DNA of 33,749 nucleotides from Dethiobacteria bacterium (GTDB lineage: Bacteria > Bacillota > Dethiobacteria > DTU022 > PWGO01), in the NCBI GenBank assembly GCA_049277715.1, contig JBASYW010000016.1:1-33749 (forward strand), written 5' to 3'. A model generated the notes under the pieces. It saw only the letters and a list, made by a program, of their open reading frames with translations, had not been told where the DNA came from and made no database searches. Position numbers and translations under genes: made by a program. Below, one piece after another: positions 10,119 to 18,627 of this stretch (positions are counted from its first letter, which is position 1; each line of letters begins with the position of its first letter).

Positions 10119-11528
10119 TTATGCCGAGACAACCTGATTGCGGCCTCTTCTTTTGGCTTTATAGAGGGCCTGATCGGCTTGAGTAATAAACTCGGTGAGG
10201 GTGGTATGCTTATCTATAGCCGGGATCGAGGAGACTCCCAGGCTGATGGTCAGGTTTCCTGCAGGTTGAGAATGCTGATCCATGAATTTATAATTTTCCA
10301 CGGAGAACCTTATTTTTTCCGCAACGGTAATCCCGCCCGCAAGATCAGTTTCCGGCAGGACGACGGCAAATTCCTCCCCACCGTATCTGGCGGCAAGGTC
10401 GGAGCTGCGGATACATTGCTTCAAGATATTGGCGACTGTTCTCAGCACGATGTCACCTCTGGGGTGCCCGTAGCGGTCATTGTAATTTTTGAAGAAATCT
10501 ATATCGGCGATGATCAACGTCAGATCATGATGATAGCGCCGGCACCGTTTTATCTCTCTTTCCAGAAATTCATGGAAGTATCCGCGATTATAAAGTTCGG
10601 TCAGACTGTCGGTAATTGACTTTTTGACGGCGTGGTGATAATTCTGGGTTACCTCTTCATAGTAGAACTTTTTGCGTAAAACTGTTCTCATCTTGATTTG
10701 CAACTCGTTAAAATCAATAGGTTTGGTAATATAATCGTCCGCCCCTATTTCCAATGCTTTGAGCTTGCTATCGGAGTCGGAGAGCCCGGAAATAATAATG
10801 ACCGGTAACTGCAAAAGGTTTTTCTGTTGGCGTACCATCTCCAGAAGCTCCATGCCTCCAAGATCGGGAAGGATAATATCCAACAGAATAAGATCCAGAG
10901 CATGGTTCTGGGTTACTTCAAGAGCGGTATTCCCGTCGGCGGCGGTGATGACGGTACAGTTAAGAGATTCCACATAATCTTTAAGCTGTATCCTTATCAA
11001 TTTGTTGTCATCGACGATAAGGACCACCGGCTTTTTATCTTCATGGGGGACTACCCGATCATTTAAACGCGGCAACCTTGTTGAAGGTTCTTCCAAATTC
11101 AATTGAAGTTTCTGTTGCAGATTGCTCTCATTCAACAATCTATCTATCCTGAACAAGAGTTCCGTCCTGCTTAAAGGGCGGCTGATCAGATCATCGGCTC
11201 CATTGGCAATTGCCTTTACCTTCTGCTCTTCATTGTTGTTATCGGTTAACAAAATAAAGGAAACATTGGTGGATAGGGAATAATATTTCAATTTCGTCAA
11301 CAGTTTATCTCCAAATTCATCGGCACCCGAGGCGGTGATTATTATTCCCGGCAAGATGGAGGGGGCCAGCTTAACGGCCAGATCATAATTGGGAGCCTCT
11401 GTAACCTCATAGTCTCTTTTTATCAGGATACTTTTAATCAGCCCGCGTTCAATGGGGTTATTTAAGGCCAGCATGATATTAGCGTTGATAATTTGCCCCA
11501 AATTATCATTCATTTGATATTGCCTCAT
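10119..11528 (-). CDS. response-regulator diguanylate cyclase (pseudo-receiver + receiver + GGDEF)
   Basis: N-terminal REC-like fold lacks the acidic pocket. The second REC is canonical (VLIVDD, LLDIILP, ISGLS, ITKP). The GGDEF domain has RYGGEEF and an RSSD I-site 5 residues upstream. An alternative start at ATG 11513 has a better SD (GAGG). Confidence 0.88.
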   Translation of the reverse strand: MRQYQMNDNLGQIINANIMLALNNPIERGLIKSILIKRDYEVTEAPNYDLAVKLAPSILPGIIITASGADEFGDKLLTKLKYYSLSTNVSFILLTDNNNEEQKVKAIANGADDLISRPLSRTELLFRIDRLLNESNLQQKLQLNLEEPSTRLPRLNDRVVPHEDKKPVVLIVDDNKLIRIQLKDYVESLNCTVITAADGNTALEVTQNHALDLILLDIILPDLGGMELLEMVRQQKNLLQLPVIIISGLSDSDSKLKALEIGADDYITKPIDFNELQIKMRTVLRKKFYYEEVTQNYHHAVKKSITDSLTELYNRGYFHEFLEREIKRCRRYHHDLTLIIADIDFFKNYNDRYGHPRGDIVLRTVANILKQCIRSSDLAARYGGEEFAVVLPETDLAGGITVAEKIRFSVENYKFMDQHSQPAGNLTISLGVSSIPAIDKHTTLTEFITQADQALYKAKRRGRNQVVSA

Positions 11529-11743
11529 TATAGTATTTTTAAATAACCGCTAACATATGATATAATCCACAACGTAGATGAAAGGCGGACGGCTTCCGTT
11601 GAATAATATAATTATCAGCTTTAAATTGCAAGGGTTTCCCTTATTAATTGCTTATTAACCAGGGGAATCCAATGGAGAAACCTACCTAAATTATATACGT
11701 GTCTTTGGAGGCTGTCAATTATTGAAATTAATCGAATGGGGGG

Positions 11744-12508
11744 GTGGCGATGCGCAAAAATAACAGGAATGAAGATCAGTTGCGGCCTTTAAAAATTACC
11801 CGTAATTTTCTTAAAGACCCTGCCGGTTCGGTGTTGATTGAGACCGGGGATACCAAGGTAATATGCACGGCTACGATCGATGAGAATGTCCCTGCCTTTC
11901 TCAAAGGGGCATCTCAAGGCTGGATTACGGCCGAATATGCGATGATTCCTGGCTCAACGACTTCGCGCCACCAGCGTGAACGGGGGCGGACTTCAGGGCG
12001 CACTTATGAGATCCAGAGGCTGATCGGTCGTTCCCTGCGTTCCATTGTTCACCTGCCGGATCTCGGAGACAGAACCATCCTGATCGACTGTGATGTTATT
12101 CAGGCTGATGGGGGAACCCGCACGGCCTCCATCACCGGTTCTTACGTGGCGCTTATCGATGCCCTGTTTTACCTGAAGAGGGAGGAGCGGATTGAACGCT
12201 TGCCGATCATCGATTTTCTAGCTGCAGTGAGCGTGGGGATAGTAGACGGGGAATACCTGCTGGATCTGGATTACAAGGAAGACTCCGGGGCGTCCGTCGA
12301 TCTGAATGTGGTGATGACCGCGAGCGATAAATTCGTAGAGATACAGGGCACTGCCGAGGGGAAAACATTCAGCCATGAGGAACTTGATCTGCTTCTGGTG
12401 CTCTCCGGGAAGGGCATCAAAGAGCTAATCCTGGAGCAGAGAGCGATCCTCGGCCATGATGCTGTCGCAGAGATAGATGAAAGCATCAATTACTATCAGA
12501 ATACCTGA
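11744..12508 (+). CDS. rph: ribonuclease PH
   Basis: [63 protein letters not shown]. The start is GTG 11744 or ATG 11750. Confidence 0.92.
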   Translation: MAMRKNNRNEDQLRPLKITRNFLKDPAGSVLIETGDTKVICTATIDENVPAFLKGASQGWITAEYAMIPGSTTSRHQRERGRTSGRTYEIQRLIGRSLRSIVHLPDLGDRTILIDCDVIQADGGTRTASITGSYVALIDALFYLKREERIERLPIIDFLAAVSVGIVDGEYLLDLDYKEDSGASVDLNVVMTASDKFVEIQGTAEGKTFSHEELDLLLVLSGKGIKELILEQRAILGHDAVAEIDESINYYQNT

Positions 12509-12527
12509 GAAGAAGAGGGAGAATAAA

Positions 12528-13142
12528 TTGGGAAAGGGCGTCAGAAAGAAGCTGGTTGTGGCTACATACAACGAAGGTAAAGCAAGCGAGATCCGCAATT
12601 TACTGGCAGACCTGCCGCTTGAGATTGTGTTCCTGAAAGAGATCGAAGGGGCGCCGGTTGTCGTTGAGGATGGCGAAAACTTTACGGCCAATGCGATGAA
12701 GAAAGCGCGGCAGATATCTGCCTGCTGCGGGGAGATCACCTTGGCCGACGATTCCGGGCTGGAGGTGGAGGCTCTGGGCGGCCTTCCCGGAGTAAAATCG
12801 GCACGTTTTGCGGGGGCCGCAGCTGATGATCTGCAGAACAATCTGTTGTTGCTGGAAAAGCTGAAAGGGGTTCCTCAAGAGAGACGAGGCGCCATGTTTA
12901 CCTGCGTTCTTGCGATCGTCTGTCCCGACGGCACAACTGAAATAATCGAGGAGAGCTGCAAGGGGATCATCGCCGTCGCCCCGCGCGGAAAGAGAGGCTT
13001 CGGCTATGATCCCCTCTTTGTATTCGAAGGGGGAGAACTTACTTTTGCCGAGATGGGGCCGGGAAAAAAGAACATGGTCAGCCACCGCGGCAAAGCTCTA
13101 CGCAGACTGCGTCCGGTGATAGAAAAACTCTTCTGCTGCTAA
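12528..13142 (+). CDS. rdgB: non-canonical purine NTP pyrophosphatase (RdgB/HAM1 family)
   Basis: LVVATYNEGKASE, LADDSGLEVEALGGLPGVKSARF, GFGYDPLF, SHRGKA. TTG 12528 lies 6 nt after GAGGGAG and just past the rph stop; rph-rdgB is a conserved gene pair. Confidence 0.9.
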   Translation: MGKGVRKKLVVATYNEGKASEIRNLLADLPLEIVFLKEIEGAPVVVEDGENFTANAMKKARQISACCGEITLADDSGLEVEALGGLPGVKSARFAGAAADDLQNNLLLLEKLKGVPQERRGAMFTCVLAIVCPDGTTEIIEESCKGIIAVAPRGKRGFGYDPLFVFEGGELTFAEMGPGKKNMVSHRGKALRRLRPVIEKLFCC

Positions 13143-13189
13143 AAAATTTTGCATCTGCTTTTTTCCGCATCGACCCTGGAGGCCCTGAA

Positions 13190-14890
13190 CTATAAAGCCT
13201 GCCTTGCTTTCGTATCCAGATCAAAGGCCACTTTTTTCGTAAATCGGCTAAAGATAATACAGCATAACCCGGTGATTAACAGATGATAGGTGCTGAAAGC
13301 ATAGATGATAAACCACTTTAGATCCGGCAGGAAAACCTCATTCCCTCCCTGATTGATTGCGGCCACGATGATGACAACCAGCAAGGCAATAATCAAGACC
13401 GCCGTGTGCAGGGAGAAATTCTCGAAGCCGGCCTGCTCTTTCATCCACCGGACAAACAACAGATAAAAGAAGATAAAAGCGATCAATGCCGGCAAAGTAA
13501 TCATAGCCACGAATTTAAGATTTATATCGACGATACTGTAAGAATAATCGAGGCTTAAAAGCCTAAGAGTAAGTTGATAAACGATAAAATATACGATCGT
13601 AGCGGCAAAAGCACTGGCCAGGGCTCGGCCTCTGCCCCTGAACATATTCCTGACGTTATTCCACCGATAGAGTCCGAACCACAGAAAAATAATGATGAGC
13701 ATGATCGCCAGGATGATTATGGTAAAAACAAGTTGGGAATGAACCACTTTATCGTTCATTATTTCATGCAGGCCGGCGATCGATATCTCCTCCGCCCCGC
13801 CGGAATAGGGGATATCAAAACGATCGTATAGTGAGGCCACGAAAGGCCGGTGTAATTCACCAAGCGTGTTATTATGCTGTGTGACTGCTCCCTGCGCCCA
13901 GTTAAATGGTTCATCCATAACCCTTCCCTCCATGTAAGAAGAGAAAGGCACTCCTAAAATGGCCGCGATGGTCGGGGCGATATCGAACTGATTATAACCA
14001 TCCGCCGTTCCGGCCTGAACATTTCGCCCCCAAATCACAAGGGGAACTTCAACGGCCTCTTTTTCTGGCCCGCCGTGCCCTCCCCTGTCGATATGCCCAT
14101 GATCGCCGACGACGATGACGATGCTTTTTTCGGGATGGGGAATAGCCTCCACAAAGTCACGTATATAGAGATCATTTTCTCTTGATCTTTCGGAAAATTC
14201 CGGGGAGGTACCGCCGTAATTGTGCCCGGCCATATCGACTTCCATCGAGTGGACAATCAGAAAATTGGGGGAGTGCTCCTCCATGATCTTTCTTCCCTCG
14301 GCAAATATTTCCTGATCATCATAAGTATAATTATCATTATCGTCGTAGTAATATCCAAACTGGATGGGCAGGGTTATATCTTTAACGGTCCTGTTCTCGC
14401 ACCCTTTCCCTGTCCGGTAAGGGGTGCCCACGGCTATCTCATAGAACCATTTATATGCCGAAGCCCCGGTTTTCACCCCTTGATCGGCGATGATATCGTA
14501 GATGGTGGGGATGGTGAGTCTGCGTGCCTGAATATTGCTGTTTATACCGGTGATCGAGGAGGAAGCGCCTGTGATAATCCGCGCATAAGCGGGCCGTGAA
14601 AATGTCGGCTCCGGCACGGTCATGATGCCGTATCCTCCCTGGGCGGCCAATTCGCTGAGATAGGGCATACTGTCCATCCCATCAACTCGAAGCCCGTCCA
14701 CGATGATCAGATAAACATAATCGGCCAGCGCTTCGGAAGGTGCCGCCGAGAACTCGTCTTCCATCCGCTCTATCTCCGGATTGCGCAGTTCTACGGCTAA
14801 AACACCCTTGATTAAAAATAACAAGGCGGCCAAAGATATAAAAATCCAGAATGCCATCACTTTTTTCTCTCTTACCGTTTTAGTAGCCAT
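13190..14890 (-). CDS. membrane-anchored alkaline-phosphatase-superfamily enzyme (type I phosphodiesterase/nucleotide pyrophosphatase-like)
   Basis: N-terminal TM helix, then a catalytic domain with metal/nucleophile motifs (IIVDGLRVDG, PEPTFSRPAYARIITG, HSMEVDMAGHNYGG, VVGDHGHIDRGGHGG), then about 6 predicted TM helices. ATG lies 5 nt after GGGAGG. Confidence 0.7.
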   Translation of the reverse strand: MATKTVREKKVMAFWIFISLAALLFLIKGVLAVELRNPEIERMEDEFSAAPSEALADYVYLIIVDGLRVDGMDSMPYLSELAAQGGYGIMTVPEPTFSRPAYARIITGASSSITGINSNIQARRLTIPTIYDIIADQGVKTGASAYKWFYEIAVGTPYRTGKGCENRTVKDITLPIQFGYYYDDNDNYTYDDQEIFAEGRKIMEEHSPNFLIVHSMEVDMAGHNYGGTSPEFSERSRENDLYIRDFVEAIPHPEKSIVIVVGDHGHIDRGGHGGPEKEAVEVPLVIWGRNVQAGTADGYNQFDIAPTIAAILGVPFSSYMEGRVMDEPFNWAQGAVTQHNNTLGELHRPFVASLYDRFDIPYSGGAEEISIAGLHEIMNDKVVHSQLVFTIIILAIMLIIIFLWFGLYRWNNVRNMFRGRGRALASAFAATIVYFIVYQLTLRLLSLDYSYSIVDINLKFVAMITLPALIAFIFFYLLFVRWMKEQAGFENFSLHTAVLIIALLVVIIVAAINQGGNEVFLPDLKWFIIYAFSTYHLLITGLCCIIFSRFTKKVAFDLDTKARQAL

Positions 14891-15003
14891 TTTTCCTCCC
14901 TGTTAAAAACTCATATTCGATAATAAAACATCGGTGATAATACTTTATTACAGTATATCAAAAGTTAAAAAAAAAGGATATTGTTTAGCGGCGTTTGCCT
15001 TTA

Positions 15004-15032
15004 TTGAAATGATGTAAACTCTGTGTTAAAAT
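15004..15032 (+). promoter_or_regulatory. sigma-A promoter for tRNA-Pro
   Basis: TTGAAA (15004-15009), 17-nt spacer ending TGT, TAAAAT (15027-15032), about 60 nt upstream of the tRNA. Confidence 0.55.
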
Positions 15033-15091
15033 GAATACTGCCTTTGTGTTGGTTGAACCGGGCGGGAGCCCTTTTAAACCATCGGGATTGT

Positions 15092-15168
<77 letters not shown>

Positions 15169-15171
15169 CCA

Positions 15172-15208
15172 CCGGAAGGCCCGGGGGTAAAGGGCTTTCC
15201 GGTTTTTT
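15172..15208 (+). terminator. rho-independent terminator after tRNA-Pro
   Basis: 11-bp stem CCGGAAGGCCC / GGGCTTTCCGG (one G-U pair), 9-nt loop, then TTTTTT. Confidence 0.75.
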
Positions 15209-15304
15209 GTGTGTTGTAGTATGCCGTAGTATTTAGGCCCCAAAAGGTGCCGGAGTCCGTGAAATGATATTTCCGTCCCTGAAAGGTTAATCCTCGCCTT
15301 AATC

Positions 15305-16864
15305 TTATAATTTACCTATTAACTTTTTATTAAACCGCCCTGCTCTTGCCATTAAACCTAAAGGAAATGGTTCATCATGTCTTTTGTTATCTTTACAACT
15401 CCATTCTTCAGCCAGACATTTTAATTCCTCTGCTGTTATCAAAACTATGTTTCTACCTAAGTGATCGGAGGTATATTGAAAGGCAAGTATTTCAGACTCT
15501 TCTGTAAAATCAGGGGCAATGACAAGAAAAACAGGTACAGGCTTATCAGTACTTTCCATATAATCATGGAATTGCTTGATATGGTCTTTAAGATTAACTA
15601 AGCCTGGATTTTCTTTGCTTTTATTATCCCACATAACATACATGTCTTTAAAACTTAATAACCCATCTGGATGATTTGTACCAACCTGTTTTAAAGGTGT
15701 ATGGTTTAACTTATATTCAAATAAATATTTTGTAGCTTCTTCAAAATATCTTTCAACTTCTATATCTTTAGAAATAATATTGTGGCCTCGAAGTAATGAG
15801 TAATCTCTAATTGAGAGAGCCTCATACATTTCATACCATTTTTCTCTTTCATCCTCTGTTTTCTGTGCTGCTTGCCTTAAGTTGTCATAATATTTTATTA
15901 TTCTTTCAATTCTTTCTTGTTTTGTTCCACTAACAGGTAAATCTAATTCAGAACACCACTTATGTAACGACTCATTGTCTAACCCATTTCTTGATGTAGT
16001 ACCCCCAAGTAAAATAGATGGCTGAATATTTCTAATAACTTTTTCTGTAAGTTTTTCTACGGTATCGTTATTACTCCAAAAAATATTTGATTTATCAAGA
16101 GCATTCCTTAAGTACTGTTTCTTTTTAACAAATTTGTATTGCATGAGTATATTATAATTTGGTTCTTTAATTTCTAAATTTAAAATCTTTTTCATTACTT
16201 CTGCCAACTCTTTAGGAATAATATCAAGATCATCACCATTTTGGTCACGTATAGAAAATAAAAGCCCTTGCTTTTGTAAAAACTTTCTGGCATCTACAAT
16301 TTCTCCTCTAATATGAATGTCATTATTAACTTTGGGATATTTCCCTAACTTAGCTTCTAAAAAGGCATTGTCCCACTCATTTATATACAATCTTTCCCTT
16401 AATTTTTTAAGTAAATTAATTTCATCTGGACTTTTATTGTCTTGATATTCCCAGGCAACTTTCAGCACAAAATAATATAATTCAATGTCTTTTTGCCTCT
16501 GTGAATTTGTACTTGATAAATCTGAAACATCCATTTCATTAGATCTATTAACCATTTTTTGTTCATACGCCATTACTTTTTCTTCAGTTTCTTCACTACT
16601 TAAAACATATCCATCCTCATTAAGCAAAATATCCCTGATAATTATTTTGCTTAATACTCTATAATTTAAATTTAGGTGACCGTAAAAGGAATATTCCATA
16701 CTTTTAGAAACAGAGTCATAATGTAAGTATTGAGGTTTTACTTTTAAAAGAGCATCCTTTGTTTCTTCTTCACTTAAGTTGCGATGGTCAACTACATATG
16801 CTGAAGCAACCCTTCTTAAGTCAGGTATCGTTCCTATTGCTTTAATAACATCATCAAATTTCAC
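15305..16864 (-). CDS. orphan nuclease: unknown N-terminal region + SAP-like motif + FokI-type PD-DxK cleavage domain
   Basis: Uninterrupted 519-codon ORF with a GTG start 5 nt after GGGGAGGTG, strongly AT-rich. SAP-like motif: aa 296-330 [32 protein letters not shown]. Nuclease-like blocks in aa ~365-490: HPD400G, WD413-N-K415, [18 protein letters not shown] and VLITAEELK, colinear with FokI PDG, VDTK, ADEMQRYV, FLFVSGHF and AVLSVEELL. Confidence 0.6.
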   Translation of the reverse strand: MKFDDVIKAIGTIPDLRRVASAYVVDHRNLSEEETKDALLKVKPQYLHYDSVSKSMEYSFYGHLNLNYRVLSKIIIRDILLNEDGYVLSSEETEEKVMAYEQKMVNRSNEMDVSDLSSTNSQRQKDIELYYFVLKVAWEYQDNKSPDEINLLKKLRERLYINEWDNAFLEAKLGKYPKVNNDIHIRGEIVDARKFLQKQGLLFSIRDQNGDDLDIIPKELAEVMKKILNLEIKEPNYNILMQYKFVKKKQYLRNALDKSNIFWSNNDTVEKLTEKVIRNIQPSILLGGTTSRNGLDNESLHKWCSELDLPVSGTKQERIERIIKYYDNLRQAAQKTEDEREKWYEMYEALSIRDYSLLRGHNIISKDIEVERYFEEATKYLFEYKLNHTPLKQVGTNHPDGLLSFKDMYVMWDNKSKENPGLVNLKDHIKQFHDYMESTDKPVPVFLVIAPDFTEESEILAFQYTSDHLGRNIVLITAEELKCLAEEWSCKDNKRHDEPFPLGLMARAGRFNKKLIGKL

Positions 16865-16901
16865 AATAGCACCTCCCCAAAAATTGTTTTAAGTTTATAT
16901 C

Positions 16902-16924
16902 TTTCTACAAAAGTTTCTACAAAA
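16902..16924 (-). repeat. tandem 11-nt direct repeat in the nuclease promoter region
   Basis: TTTCTACAAAA (16902-16912), G, TTTCTACAAAA (16914-16924) on the + strand, which reads TTTTGTAGAAA x2 on the coding strand. It lies 38-60 nt upstream of the GTG start and just upstream of a TATAAA -10-like box. Confidence 0.7.
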
Positions 16925-17241
16925 TGACACATATTTCCTGCCCAATATATAAAAAGAGCTGGTTTTACCCCGGACCCTGGCATATTATGAAATGCCCTTC
17001 CCGTTTTGCCTGCTCTAATGCCTGCCTTAAAACATCAGATGCCCTTTTTAAGTAAACCGGATAATAATCATCTGATCCTTGCTTAACTTCAGGCTTTGGC
17101 AACCTTTTTTCTATGATTGACCCCGAATCATATATAAATGTACAATGAGATATTACAAGATATTAATGCGCTCTGCAGTCTTAAAATCCAATTATGGTTC
17201 TTTCTTAAAATAGAGCGCAATTAAACTATGCGAGGGACAAT

Positions 17242-18231
17242 ATGCCAAGAAAATTTATAGCGGCAACATTAATTATTATTATGGCCGTAACCCTTACCGC
17301 ATGTGACAGAGAGGATGACTGGAGGGACAAGGATTATGACTTATCCCTGCCGCAGCTTGGGGAGGATGGTTGGTATGAGGTTTTTACGGACCATTTTGAC
17401 GGCGATTCCTTAAATGAAGAAATCTGGACATATTCTCCTCACTGTTTGCGGTGGGAAACCCAGACAGGAAAGGAGATACACTCAAATTACTGGTGCGATG
17501 ATATGGTCAGTGTAGCGGACGGCTATGTTTCCATACGTGCATGCGAATCGGACAGTCATAGCTGCAGCAAGGGACTCTGCCCGTCCGGCGGCCGTTTTTC
17601 CGGCGGTATCGAGACCAGAAGGATTATATCTGATGATTTTGGCGACAACAAGGGCGACAGTGATGAGCTCCTGTTCTCGCAGGCTTATGGCTACTTTGAG
17701 ACAAGAGTCAGGTTTCCTGATGCCCCCGGACTTTGGGCGGCATTCTGGCTGCAGTCTTCCAACCAGAGAAAGGTGGGCAGCGAGGGCTGTGATGGCACCG
17801 AGATAGATATCTTTGAATCCGCTTTCCGGAAAAAGCCCCATAGAATGGGGCACGCCCTTCTTTGGGACGGTTATGGCCGCGATAGCAAAGTATCCGGGTA
17901 TATTACCAATTTGGATTACAGTTTATATGAGGGGTTCAACACCTTTGCTCTCAAATGGACGCCTGAATACTATGTCTTCTATATCAATGGCGTTCCGACC
18001 TGGGCGACCAATAGCGGCGGAGTATCCAAGGTAAGGCAATTCCTAAGATTGACGGTAGAGATAGACGCCGGCGATGCCTATGGCCCTCACGGCCAGAGGA
18101 TCGGGCATTTTAAATACGGGGAGGAGCCCGTATTCATAATAGATTACGTCAAGGTTTATCAAAATTCCAATTATGAGAAATACATAATAGATGATGATCT
18201 ATTCCCCGGCGAGCTTGATTATATTAATTGA
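17242..18231 (+). CDS. GH16-family beta-glucanase lipoprotein
   Basis: Signal peptide with lipobox LTAC. GH16 catalytic motif EIDIFE in GTEIDIFES, plus WAAFWL and beta-jelly-roll-type blocks. ATG lies after GAGGGA. Confidence 0.85.
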   Translation: MPRKFIAATLIIIMAVTLTACDREDDWRDKDYDLSLPQLGEDGWYEVFTDHFDGDSLNEEIWTYSPHCLRWETQTGKEIHSNYWCDDMVSVADGYVSIRACESDSHSCSKGLCPSGGRFSGGIETRRIISDDFGDNKGDSDELLFSQAYGYFETRVRFPDAPGLWAAFWLQSSNQRKVGSEGCDGTEIDIFESAFRKKPHRMGHALLWDGYGRDSKVSGYITNLDYSLYEGFNTFALKWTPEYYVFYINGVPTWATNSGGVSKVRQFLRLTVEIDAGDAYGPHGQRIGHFKYGEEPVFIIDYVKVYQNSNYEKYIIDDDLFPGELDYIN

Positions 18232-18314
18232 TAAATCGCCTCTTCCGACAAGATAATATTATACAGCGGCCAATTTAAGGGCATAGTTATTTGTTTCAAT
18301 AAAAATAAAATAGA

Positions 18315-18376
18315 AAGGCTAACGCGGGACAGATATACTTAATTTTTCCATGGCTCCCTACGTTAGCCTTTTTTAT
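18315..18376 (+). terminator. possible terminator after the GH16 gene
   Basis: 10-bp stem AAGGCTAACG / CGTTAGCCTT followed by TTTTTT, but the loop is unusually long (36 nt). Confidence 0.4.
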
Positions 18377-18467
18377 TCCGGGGACACTTTAAAAATCAGT
18401 TATTCTCTTTCATTCCGTCATAATTTTCACCAAAATATTTAATATCTATGGGCTTATTACAGGCCAA

Positions 18468-18561
18468 TCATATGGTTCGGTGCTCAGGGTCCTGTTTACC
18501 ATGCCCTGTTTCGCTTCCGCCGTGATCGGATGTGACCACCACAAGCCAATCCTCAAATATT
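18468..18561 (-). pseudogene. 31-codon fragment of an alkaline-phosphatase/nucleotide-pyrophosphatase-family gene
   Basis: The frame reads I-FEDWLVVVTSDHGGSETGHGKQDPEHRTI-stop and is bounded by an in-frame stop immediately upstream. VVVTSDHGG...GHG is the metal-binding block of this family. There is no start codon and no N-terminal part. Confidence 0.55.
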
Positions 18562-18627
18562 TATGGCATATTAACTTGTCTATATAAATAATGAGCAGAC
18601 ATAACAGCGGGGTGTTGCCGTTCCGCT

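Noticed and set aside
16991-17059. 22-codon Cys-containing plus-strand ORF (MKCPSRFACSNACLKTSDALFK) in the islet border.
   Set aside because: It has no SD and lies antisense to the more plausible gene-remnant frame, so it is probably fortuitous.
16865-17241. Search for a direct repeat of the tRNA-Pro 3' end (att-like) at the far side of the AT-rich islet.
   Set aside because: Only trivial matches were found: CCCCGGACC at about 16968 and CCCCGA at about 17121, versus CGCCCCGACCA in the tRNA. These are too short and imperfect to call an attachment site.
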